A stretch of DNA of 64,000 nt from Felis catus (Eukaryota), in assembly GCF_018350175.1 (NCBI RefSeq), contig NC_058369.1, positions 11,348,001 to 11,412,000 on the forward strand. Reading direction: 5' to 3'. A program made the position numbers and the translations under genes. Within the stretch, counting starts at the first letter, position 1. Every line of letters starts with the position of its first letter. A model generated the notes under the pieces. It searched no databases and had not been told where the DNA came from. It was given only the letters and a program-made list of their open reading frames with translations. Positions 1 to 10,096 of this stretch are shown here, piece by piece.

Positions 1-660
1 CACACCCCCCCCCCACACTCTGATCGCTCCCGGGCCCGTATTCTGCGGACCTCTGGGGCCCTGCCCACCCCCCCATTGAGTCCCTGCCCCCCCGGGATTG
101 GCACGTAGCCCCCGGACTCCTGTGCTCACAGCCCCTGATCTGGTCCTTGGCTCCGAGGCCAGCCCTCCAGCCCCAGACTCCGGGGTCCTTAAACTCCGCT
201 CTTACCCTCCCCCAACCCACCCACCCAGTCCCGACCACCAGGTCCCAGCCCCTCACCTGCAGCCCCGGGCCCCGCGAGCAGTAGCAACAGGGGCAGCGCC
301 CGCACGGGCGGCAGCGGTGGCGGCGCCGACATCGGGCGACGGCGGCGGCGGCGGCCCCGGGTCCCCGGCCCCATGGCGGCCGGCCGCGACCCTCCCTCCT
401 CCCTCCTCCCTTCTTCCCTGGGCTCCGGGCGCGTCCCGGGCCAGCCTCCGCGCCGCCAACTTCGCCAAAGTGAGGCTGCCGGGCCGCCCCGCCCCCAGCC
501 CTGGGCGGCTCGCCCCGCCCCGGGGCCGGCCCTGCGCTCCCCCGCCCCCCTACCCCCACCCCAGCCCGGCCTCCCGGGGTCCCTGCCCACCCTCCACCCA
601 CACAGCCAGGGACCCGCAGATCCTTGGAAATTCTGGCCAGCCATGCGGTGAGGCGTGGGC
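1..660. promoter_or_regulatory. NOTCH3: NOTCH3 CpG island/promoter with multiple GC boxes
   Basis: Very GC- and CpG-rich; CCGCCC motifs at about 484-520, upstream of the minus-strand start codon. Confidence 0.8.
257..374 (-). CDS. NOTCH3: NOTCH3 coding exon 1 (signal peptide); the gene continues beyond the left edge
   Basis: Translates MGPGTRGRRRRRRPMSAPPPLPPVRALPLLLLLAGPGAA, matching the NOTCH3 N-terminus. GCCGCCATGG Kozak at 374; 118 nt ending at a GCAG|GTGAG donor (phase 1); synteny with EPHX3 and BRD4. Confidence 0.96.
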
Positions 661-987
661 TGAACCCACACTGACAGACACACCAGCTTCGTGAACACCC
701 ACGCTCCCAACACACACTCAGAGCCCAGGGACGCACACAGAGCCAGGGCACAAACACAGATCCACAGATCCTCCCAAACTGAGGCCAGGCACGTCCTAAG
801 AATCTCACGCGCACACAACCACCCTGCCCCATTGCAGACGTATGCACAGAGCTTCATGGGGACTTAAGATATAAAACACAAACCCAAAGCTCAGGCCCAG
901 CCAGGCCTTGAGCCTGGGACAGCATTTGCAGCCTCAGACCTCAGACACACATTAGGAAGGAGACCCATGCATGTGTGCGCGCACGCT

Positions 988-989
<2 letters not shown>

Positions 990-1042
<53 letters not shown>

Positions 1043-1048
1043 ACACAC
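990..1048. repeat. (CA)n microsatellite upstream of NOTCH3
   Basis: About 29 CA units with one interruption. Confidence 0.95.
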
Positions 1049-1854
1049 AATCTTCTTACTCTCAGCTCTCCTGGAAAGCACCCCTCTTCCTCCTTACTAC
1101 CCTGTGTGAACCCCAAAGGTCCACCCCAGCCCCCAGCCCCACCCATTCCCCTCACAGCTTCTCTGCTGCTCAGCCTTGCTCAATTTGATCAACTGCCTTT
1201 TCCCAAATCAGTCATGCTGCAAAGCCGCCCCGCAGCCCACTTTGTCCATGCGGCGATAATGGGGACCCCGAAAGGCCCCAAGCCCAGCCCCGGAGGAGCC
1301 CTTATTCCACGGAAGAAAAAGCCCGACACAGACACCAGCAGCTCTGGGGGTTCAGAGCTGGGCCAGAGGGAGGGACAGAGTGTGGGAGGGCCACGCAGAG
1401 GGGTTGGTGAGGGCCCGGCTTGAGGGTAGTTACTGATTTGTTCATTCATTTATTCAACAGGTGGGTATAAATCTCTGGCTTTATGTCTGGCTTTGTTCCA
1501 GGGGCTGGGGTATACCTTCCTCCCCCAGAGAGGGCTCCCCAAAGGAGGGTCCAGTGGAGCTCAGCCGGGAAGGCTGAACTAGAGAGGGAAATGGCAGCAG
1601 AGACACAGGTTTGCACCCACAGGAGGAAGCAAAGAAAGGAGGAGGAGTGGACAGACCAGGGGTCACAAGGGCCACCATGAGGAGGAGGAGAAAGAGGCCA
1701 GGCTGTCCCCCATGGTAATTTGGCTGCAGGGAGGAGGGATGGGTTGGGGATAAGGCGCTGAATCCGTGGAGCCTAGGGGTCACCTACAGGAGCTGAGCAT
1801 CCAGAAGCCACGGTGGGAGATTTTCACCAGAGCAGCCCAGAGAGCTTCAGGCAA

Positions 1855-2830
1855 CTTTTAACCTTTTTATTTTAAAATAATGTCAAATGCAAAAAAAAAA
1901 ATAAAAAATTAAAATAAAATAAAATAATGTCAAATGCAGAATAGCATAATTTCCACATGCCCTTTGTCGGGATTCGCCAACCCTTTCCACGCTTTGCCAC
2001 ATTTGCTTGATCTGGATCGGTTCCTCAGCGTTTCCCTGTCTCTTGTGATATTAACATTTTGGGAGAATAGAGGCCACTCATTTCTCAGAATGTCCTCCAG
2101 CGGGCTGGCCTGCTCAGTCCTCCCAACCAGGGAGTATGCCTTTGTCCAGAACCACAGAGATGGTGCTGGTCCTCCCCAGTGCCTCGGATTAGGAGGTACT
2201 TGACATTAGTTCCCAACACTGGGGGTATTACACTTCGATCACTTGTGTGAAGTTGGCCAACTTTCCCTACTATCAAGGGACTATTCTCTTCCCGTCCCCT
2301 CCTCCCATAATAAATATCAGTAGCACGTGGGGAGATACTTTGAGACGATGTGACTATCCTGGTGCCCATCAAATGTTCACCCGCTGGGTTGGGCACATAT
2401 TTATGATTTCCTCTGAGGATTTTTGAAAAACTTGAGACAAAATTCACATAAAATTAACCAATTGCCATTACAAACTTTTTTAATGTTTATTTATTTTTGA
2501 GAAAGAGAGTGTGAGCAGGGGAGGGGCAGAGAAAGAGAAAAAGACAGAATCCGAAACAGGCTCCAGGCTCTGAGCAGTCAGCACAGAGCCCGACGCGGGG
2601 CTCGAACTCACAGACCGCGAGATCATGAACTGACCCGAAGCCGGATGCTTAACCGACTGAGCCACCCGGGTGCCCACTCAGCATAACGTTTTTTGAGGTT
2701 CATCTGCCACCATGGAGCATGTACCAGTACATCACTTGCTTATGGCTAAGACTCCACTGAATGGCTATACCCTATTTTGCTTATCCATTCATCCATTAAT
2801 ACCTTGAATAATTTTTAAATGCTGGAAGAG
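1855..2830 (-). mobile_element. Old L1 (L1M-type) 3' fragments interrupted by a SINE
   Basis: AT-rich block with phrases resembling ancient L1 3' UTR (ggggagatactttgagac; tttttgaggttcatc...tatccattcatcc). Subfamily not resolved. Confidence 0.55.
2476..2675 (-). mobile_element. Can-SINE (SINEC_Fc-like)
   Basis: Reverse complement of GGGCACCCGGGTGGCTCAGTCGGTTAAG head, CT-rich region and AATAAA/A tail. Confidence 0.92.
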
Positions 2831-3338
2831 GAAGAGGGAAGGAGACAGAGAAGTGCTATTAGTGAGAAAGAAGAAGCATGAAGGGCCGAGGGTGACAAGT
2901 GAATGGCCGCAGCCTGGGGGCCAGAGATGATATGAGAACCCAGGCCTGAGTGACTCCAGGCCACAAGGAGTACGAGGGGTGGGGGTGGGGATCGGGCAGA
3001 GAAAGGGACAAAAGTTGCACAAGAAAGAGCGCAGCCTGACTCATAGTGAGTGTACTGAGTCAATAGACCCTAGGGCAGGTGCAGCTCAAGTCTGTCCCTG
3101 TGCCCATCACCCCAGGAGGAAATCCAAGCCCCTGGGCCCTGCTTTCAAAGCCCTCAGACTGGCCTTACCCTCTGCAGCCCCTCCCCTCTCATCATCACAC
3201 TGATTCAGTGTCCCTCCTCACCCAGCAGGCCTTGCGCTCTTCCCTCTGCTGGGACACCCAGCTGGTTACAGGGACCCTTTTGCTTCCTCCCCAAGCAGGA
3301 ACTCACAGGGAGTGTTCTCTTCAAAAATGTATTTTCTT

Positions 3339-3704
3339 GAGGCGCCTGGCTGGCTCAGTCGGTTAAGTGTCCGACTTCGGCTCAGGTCGTGATCTCACTG
3401 TTCCTGAGTTCAAGACCCGCGTCGGGCTCTGTGCTGACGGCTCGGAGCCTGGAGCCTGCTTCAGATTCTGTCTCCCTCTCTCTGTTCCTCCCTTGCTCAT
3501 GCTCATGCTCTGTCTCTCTCTCTCTCTCTCTCACGTGAGATCTCTCTCATGATCTCACAATTTGTGGGTTCGAGCCTCGTGTCGGGCTCTCTGCTGTCAG
3601 CACAGAGCCCCCTTAAGATCTTCTGTCTCCCTCTCTCTCTGTCCCTCCCACACATATGCTCTCTCTCTCTTTCAAAAATAAATAAACATTAAGAAAAAAT
3701 TTTT
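3339..3704 (+). mobile_element. Composite head-to-tail Can-SINE dimer inside one target-site duplication
   Basis: Two SINE bodies; TSD aaatgtattttctt at 3325-3338 and 3705-3718. Confidence 0.88.
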
Positions 3705-5279
3705 AAATGTATTTTCTTCCAGTTATAGGCAATGCTCTGCTATTTCCCACAATGCTACCCCTTTGCCCATGCTGGTCTCTCTTTCTGGTGTGCCTTCCAA
3801 CCCCCCATCCCTGTACCTGGTGAACTCCTTTTATTCTTCAAGGTTTCAGCTCCAGGAAGCCCTCTCCGCCTCCCAGACAGAGCCCCCCTGGGCTATCCCA
3901 GCACCCTCCTGCTCTCTGTATCAGCCTCACACACAAGGGGTTGGGTATCTATGCCCTGCTCTGTATCCCCACCTAGACTGGGAGCTTCCCAGGAACCAGG
4001 CGTCACACAGCATGGTCTGGGCACAGAGAGGGTGACATGGAAGGGTTTGGTGACTCAGGAATTAGCTGAAGGTGTTAGGATGGCCAACTCAGAAGGGCTG
4101 CCACTGGGAACCCAGACCACCCTCTTAAGTACATTCTAGAAGTCTGGGGGTCCAGAAAAAGGTTTGAGGGTCCAGGGGCAAAGGTAGGGGCTTCATGAGG
4201 TGGGCTAGCTGCTCCCCTGACCCATCTGAGAAAGGACTTTTTTGCTGGAATGGATGTCCTAATAGGTGCTGAGCTCCCCATCAGAAGGAGCAACCAAGGA
4301 ACTTGGACCCCCACCCCCTTTTGCTAGGCAGAAAGCCTAGAGTCTGTGACTCTGCTGATCCAGTGGCCTCTGGTCCATAGCAAACAGAGAAGGAAAGGGA
4401 GCAAAAGTAGTGAAAACACAGGCTGAGGCCAGCATGAGGGGCAGTGGAGACAAAAGACAGAAAGACACATTTACAGAGCCCCTACTGGGTGTCAATCCCA
4501 TGTCAAGTCCCCATGACTCAGCAAGTAGAATGCGGAGTCCTGGCTCCAGGATCCTGCTGCCCTCCAGCCACAGTGGCAGGCCCAGCCCAAGGTGTCAGGA
4601 CCCTTGGGGGACCGGAGAGTCTGGAACGACCATTCCCACAGCCTCGCAGTGGGATTCCACACAGCTCCCAATGTGGTGGAGATAGGGGGTGAGCCCGAGC
4701 CCTCTCCCCTGCCCCTGATGGCCGCCTTGGCCCAGGACTGCGTTTCTCCTCAATGAGCTCAGTCCCCAGGGACACAGGTCCTGGGCCCAGGCCAAGACAC
4801 AGCTGCCGGGCCCGGGCCGATGACCGGGAACCTGAGAACGTGCCCTCAGCTTCTCCTCCAGGGACCACAGTCCCGCCCTCTGCACCAAAGCTGGGGCCAG
4901 GCCCTCAGGCCCAGACAGCGGGCCACGGGAGCCAGCAGGGGTGAGGGCTGCTGGGTGTGGGCCCTGGGCAAGAGTGGGAAGGCAGGACTCCAGGGGCTGT
5001 CGGCCGTAGACCCGACCAGCTCTTTTGGCCACTGTCTCCCTAGGGCCTTCTCATGCTCCAACCCTCTATGGCTCCCCACTGCCCAGAGTGACACCCTCCT
5101 CAGCTTACTTGGCACGGGCTGCGTCCACCATTGGAAGCTCTTTTCTCATACCCTGCAGGCTCCGTTCACTCTGCCCCTCCAGCTCTCCTCACCTTCATTC
5201 ACTCATTCAACAAACATTCAGTCATTCAACAAACGTTTTACTGACAACCAACCACAGGCACAGCTGTCAAAGACAGACA

Positions 5280-5470
5280 GGCTCTTGATTTCAGCTCAGG
5301 TCACGATCTCTCAGTTCGTGGGATCAAGCCTTGCGTCGGGCTCCATGCTGACAGCGCGGAGCCTGCTTTGGATTCTCTCTCTCCCTCTCTCTCTGCCCCT
5401 CCCCTGCTCACGCTCTCTCTCTCACTCTTTCAAAATAAGTAAACTTAAAAAAAATTTTTTTTTAAGTTAA
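5280..5470 (+). mobile_element. 5'-truncated Can-SINE
   Basis: cagctcaggtcacgatctc...gagcctgct...(ct)n...aaaataagtaaa. Confidence 0.85.
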
Positions 5471-5479
5471 TAAATAGAA

Positions 5480-5845
5480 GAAAAGAAACCAGAAGGCAAA
5501 CAAATAAGAACCATGGACTGTGGCAAGGCGGGAGGAGAGATTTCAGTGACAGGGGCAGGCAGGACAGGCCTCACCGAGTTAGGGGACGTTACAGCTGAGA
5601 CCTGAAGGAGGAGAAGAAGCCACACAGGAGCAAACAGCCGGAGGAAGGGTGTTCCAGGTAGAGGGAAGGGTGAGTGCAAAGGCCCAGAGGAGGAAGGGTG
5701 AGGGGGCCAGAATGCTGGGCACACAGTGACCGAGAGCTGGGAGGTCGAGGAAGACGATGGGGGCCAAGTCTCAAGGGTCTGGGATTTCATTGCAAGCACA
5801 GTGGCCACCGCTGGAGCGTTTTAGCAGGGAGAAGCTGATCGGAGA
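5480..5845 (-). mobile_element. Probable L2 LINE fragment
   Basis: Typical L2 phrases (gttccaggtagagggaa...gtgcaaaggcccagag; ggagcgttttagcaggga). Confidence 0.55.
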
Positions 5846-7689
5846 TCCCTGTGGAAGCTCTGCCTTCCTTTCTCCCAGGGAGTGGTCCCTGGGGCCTCAC
5901 ACTAGCTCCTCTGGGCTCCCATGACCTCCCCCCACCCCCCCCCCCCCCCCGCCGCCTACCACATGATCCCTCCTGGGTGCCCCTCAGATTCTGAGCTCTG
6001 TGGGTGTCCGTCTTGCTCCCTGCTGAATCCCCAGTGTCTAGCCTAGAGCCTGGCCCACAGTAGGTGAAACAACTATCAGTCGATCGAATGAATCTACCAA
6101 GCACATTTCAGTGCAGAGCAGGAGCCAGGAGGTGGGACTTGAATGTGCCCATTGGCAGCTCTGAGACTGCCCCCATTAGATCAGGGCTCCGCCAGAGGAA
6201 GGGATGCGGGCTGGGGGCTGGGGGAGGGGCGGTTCTTGGAGGAGGAGATGGGGGGGTGAGAACTGAGTATGGAAAAGAGTGAAGAGAACAAAACTCACTT
6301 CTATTGAGCAGCTGCCGGCCCTGCAGCTCTGGAGGTGGCGGTGTCCCTGTCGTAGGACCCTCCACTGGGTGGGACATCGCTGGGCATCTTGGCCTCCCAG
6401 ACCCTGGGCTCAGACCGCTGGAGTCGTCCGTGTGCACAACCTTCCTCCAGACCCCATCTCCTCCTGCTCAGGTCTGAACCATGATGCCCTGATGGCCCCT
6501 GCCTGTCCTTGGCTCCCTGGCCCTTGAAGCTTGTCCTCCTCCCTGTAAGTGTGGCACTTGTCCTCCCTCCCTGTCCTCCTGTTTCAGAGAAGGGAAATGC
6601 CTCCCCAGGGCTTTTCATTACCTCTTCCTTTGGCTAGAGCTTGAGCCCTCTTCCACGACAAAGTGAAGTTCACAGGAATCTGCAGTGAGTGCTCCTTTCA
6701 CGTTGCCCCACCCCCAAGCTCCTGACTTTCTCCCCCTCACCCCCTTTTCCCCACGCCCCTTCCCTTCATTCTTCCCCTCCTCCACTCCACTCCGTGCCCC
6801 CAGAGGCTGACCTCTACTGGCTGCATCAATGGACGGCCTTGTCCTCTGGCTTCCAGGTGGGTCTGGCCAATAGGAGGCACTGGCAGAAGATGAAACCAAA
6901 GGAGAGAACGGGGTATTAATCCTCCTGCATCCCTGCCTGTGGGGTCAGCTCAGCTAGTAGCACCCCTTGACCAAAGGCCCTGTCTGCATGAATCTGTGCT
7001 TGGGTTCTAACATCCTTCTTTCCCCTTGTCTGGTCAGGGGGACCAGGAGATGGTAATGGCTCTCCATGGTTGCTTTGCCCCTTTGGTTTCTCCAAACCCT
7101 GCTCACTCTATGTGGTCCCTGTAGCAAACCTGCCTCAACTTACCCCATTTGAATGTGCCACTTATCTCCTCTAAGCTCACAGCTTGGGGTCCCCATTCTT
7201 CCCTCCTCACTCCTGCTTAAGGGTGCTCGGGACATCCAAGTCCTGTGTCCTCTGCTTCCACGTCTTCCCCCATCCCAAACTTCCCTCCCAGTCTCAAGGA
7301 ACACTAAATTAGCTGTGCGTGGAGGCTTCCGTGGGTTGGAGCACATCCTTGCAGGGGTTAGCTCCAAGGCTGCTTCCTCCAGGGAGCCTTCCCTCCCACT
7401 CCCCAAGTGTCCTCCCCACCCCCCCCCCCCGGGTTGCTTATTCCACTCGAGCCCGGCTCCGCCTCCCCTGCCCCTCCTCTGGTGTACCGCCAAAGTCTTT
7501 GAGCCTGTGGCAGGACAGATGAACGAGTGAATGAATGAATGAATGAATGGCTGAGCGACCGACTGATGAATGAATGATGGAAGGCGGTCTGGAGCCGGGA
7601 GCTCGGAGCAGGGGAAGGGAGTCGCCGAGCCTGGGAGGGATCTCAGCCGGGCCGCCTCCCTCCAAACCCTCCGGGTCCCTTCTCCGGCC

Positions 7690-8280
7690 TGGAAAGGATG
7701 CGCGCGCCCAGCCCCGCCTCTGGGAGAAAGGCGCGCCCCGATTGGCTCAGGCTGGCTTCGGCCGAGTCACGAGTCTCTATTGGCTCGCTAGCCAGGACTC
7801 TGCCCAATCACCGCGATGAATTCCCCCCCACCCCCAGACTCTGACTCCCTCCCGCCTGCAGCCGAGGAGGCGGAAGACGGCGCTTTCTTGTTACCCTGGC
7901 AACCGTCAGCGGACCTGTCTCCCCAGCAACTGTCCGAGGCCTCCCGTCAGCCTTCGCCTGGGCCCCTCCAATCACCCAGACAACCGCTACCCGTTCCGGT
8001 CAACCATCAGCCCTTTCCCCATCACCCTGGCAACCGTCGCCAGACCCACCGCCCCCTGGACACACCATCCTCATCCTGCCCGCAGGCCTCCTCGGCCCAG
8101 ACCTCCACCCCAGGCTCCGAGGTCGCGGGGTCCCCTTCCCCTCCGGCCCATCTCCTCGACCCCAAGGGGCACTGTTCCCACCCTGGAAGTGGGGGGGGGG
8201 CCCGAGGTGGGTCGGGCGCTGGGGATCCCGGCTCCCGTCGGGCCCCACGGGCCGCCCGTGCTGAGGCAGCGCATGGCCCC
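7690..8280. promoter_or_regulatory. Orphan CpG-rich promoter/enhancer-like element with CCAAT boxes and RFX X-boxes
   Basis: ATTGG at 7741 and 7779; CCAAT at 7804 and 7968; GC box near 7712; X-box GTTACCCTGGCAAC at 7890-7903 and ATCACCCTGGCAAC at 8021-8034. Confidence 0.6.
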
Positions 8281-9339
8281 CCAGCTGTCTCACCACTCGC
8301 ACTCCTGCGTGGGACTGTCCGGCCACAACAGGGAGCTTTTCAAAATGCAAGCCATGTTCCTCCCCTGCTGAAAACTCTTCCCTGACTCCCCTTGAGAACC
8401 GAATCCAAACTCCTCACAGCCCCTGGCGGTCTAGCTGTGGCCTCTTCTCCTCTCTCGCAGCCACTAATCCCCAAGTTGTTACTCCAGTAGCCTAGGCTTA
8501 TTTCCACCTCCAACCTTCCTGTTTACAGCTTCCCACTCCCTGAAGCGTGTCCCCCAGCTAGGAAAGCCTTTCCTGAGTCGCCACTCACCTAGCTCTCTAT
8601 GCCCGTTCTGTTAACTCCAGAGCAAGGCTGTGTTGTTCACTCCCCAGTGCCTAGATCAGTGCCTGACACACGGGATGAATGAAAAGGATGTTATGTTAGA
8701 GACAAGACAGTACAGAGGGGGATGACCAACAGGCAAGCTTTAGCCAGCCAGACCCATCCCAGGGATAAGAGAATGTATTTCTGAGGTTGCAGGTCCCCAG
8801 AGAGATTCATCAGCATTCGTCATGACATGGTCCCCAAAGGCCAGGCAAAGGCTGGGGAGACAGAAGGGCCATGGCCAGCCTGAGGCTGGATGATTCACCC
8901 TCTACTTGTCCCACCCTCATCTGGAGGCTGGAGCCAGAGAATCCCCCCCCCCCCCCCCCCAAAGAACCAGCGGAATCTGTGGTGAACTTGGAGAAGATTC
9001 CAGGCGCTGGAGAGGCAGGCCTCAGACTTCAGATGGCGGTCATTCAGGGAGCCAGTCCCTTCCTGTGCCCTGTCCAGAATCTCAAACATCCACCCTAGCA
9101 TAGCCTAGAGCTGTTTTTCCACGAACCTGAGACAGGGATCCCAGGGATCTTGCCCAGGCCGCACCTAGAGATCTTGACCTTACAGGGTCTGGAGTCACAA
9201 CCGGGAGGGAGATGGTGGGAGCTGCCCAGGGCCTGCCTAGACAGGAATCTAGACACACACCTGCTTGTACATGAGGGTCTTTCCTTGGAGAGCTGGTCAG
9301 GAGCCAGGTACAGAACCCCCTTTCTAGAAGTACCCTCAT

Positions 9340-9504
9340 CAGCACTGTCCAATAGAATGCTTTATGCTGATGTGTCAGTGGAGCCCTTGAAGCATGGTTA
9401 GAGTGACCGAGGGACTGGATTTTGAATCGATCATATTTTAATTAATTTCCATTTAAATTGAAGCAGCCAGATACGGCTGCCAGTTACCCTACTGGACAGA
9501 ACAG
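9340..9504. mobile_element. MER3-like hAT-Charlie DNA transposon fossil
   Basis: cagcactgtccaatagaa...tggttagagtgaccgagggactggatttt...ttaattaat...actggacagaacag resembles the MER3 consensus, with CTGTCCA/TGGACAG inverted termini. Confidence 0.75.
9437..9442 (-). terminator. EPHX3: Candidate EPHX3 poly(A) signal ATTAAA
   Basis: First A(A/T)TAAA I find on the minus strand after the stop at 9871 (about 430 nt downstream). Confidence 0.55.
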
Positions 9505-9870
9505 CTTTTAGCTGAAGACTCAGATTGGAGATGAAAGCCAGGGACGGGAAGGTCAGAGTCTGTGGTTTGTGCAGCTCTGGGGGCTGACGTTGGCAGGAAG
9601 GGGAAGGCCCCAGGGAGGGGACAGGTAGGACACTGGGTATCCAGCTCTGCAGAGGAGAGAAGTTCCCGGTTCCCCAGGGCTGAAGTGCTTGTTCAGGTGC
9701 ACAGACACTCACACTGGTGTGTGAGCAAACAGCCTGGTGTGCCTGCGGGCATCCACAGACACACTCGTGTGTGGTCTAGGAGTTCCACGCCTGTGCGTGA
9801 TCCGGGAGTCCGTCGTGGTATGCACGTGGTGTGGACTCCCAGGTGCACACAGGCCAGGGAGCGAGGGCTG

Positions 9871-10096
9871 CTAGCCTAGCAGGTCTTGCAAGAAGGCCCA
9901 CATGTACTGGTGCATTTCCTCGGGGTTGCTCTGTGGGATCCAGTGCCCCACGCCTGGCAGGATGTGGGCCTCCAGCCGGCCGGGCACAAAGCGACTGCTG
10001 ATGGCTCCTACCAGCCCCTGCTCCAAGTAGGTGTCCTTCTCTCCCCACAGCAGCAGCGTGGGCGTGGCCAGTTCCTGGGGCTCCAGGGGAAGGTTC
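9871..10096 (-). CDS. EPHX3: EPHX3 coding exon 7 (stop)
   Basis: [21 protein letters not shown]...[27 protein letters not shown], 226 nt. Confidence 0.94.

Noticed and set aside
98..857. Long Pro/Gly/Arg-rich ORFs on both strands at NOTCH3
   Set aside because: Stop-codon depletion in a CpG island; only 257-374 on the minus strand matches a real protein.
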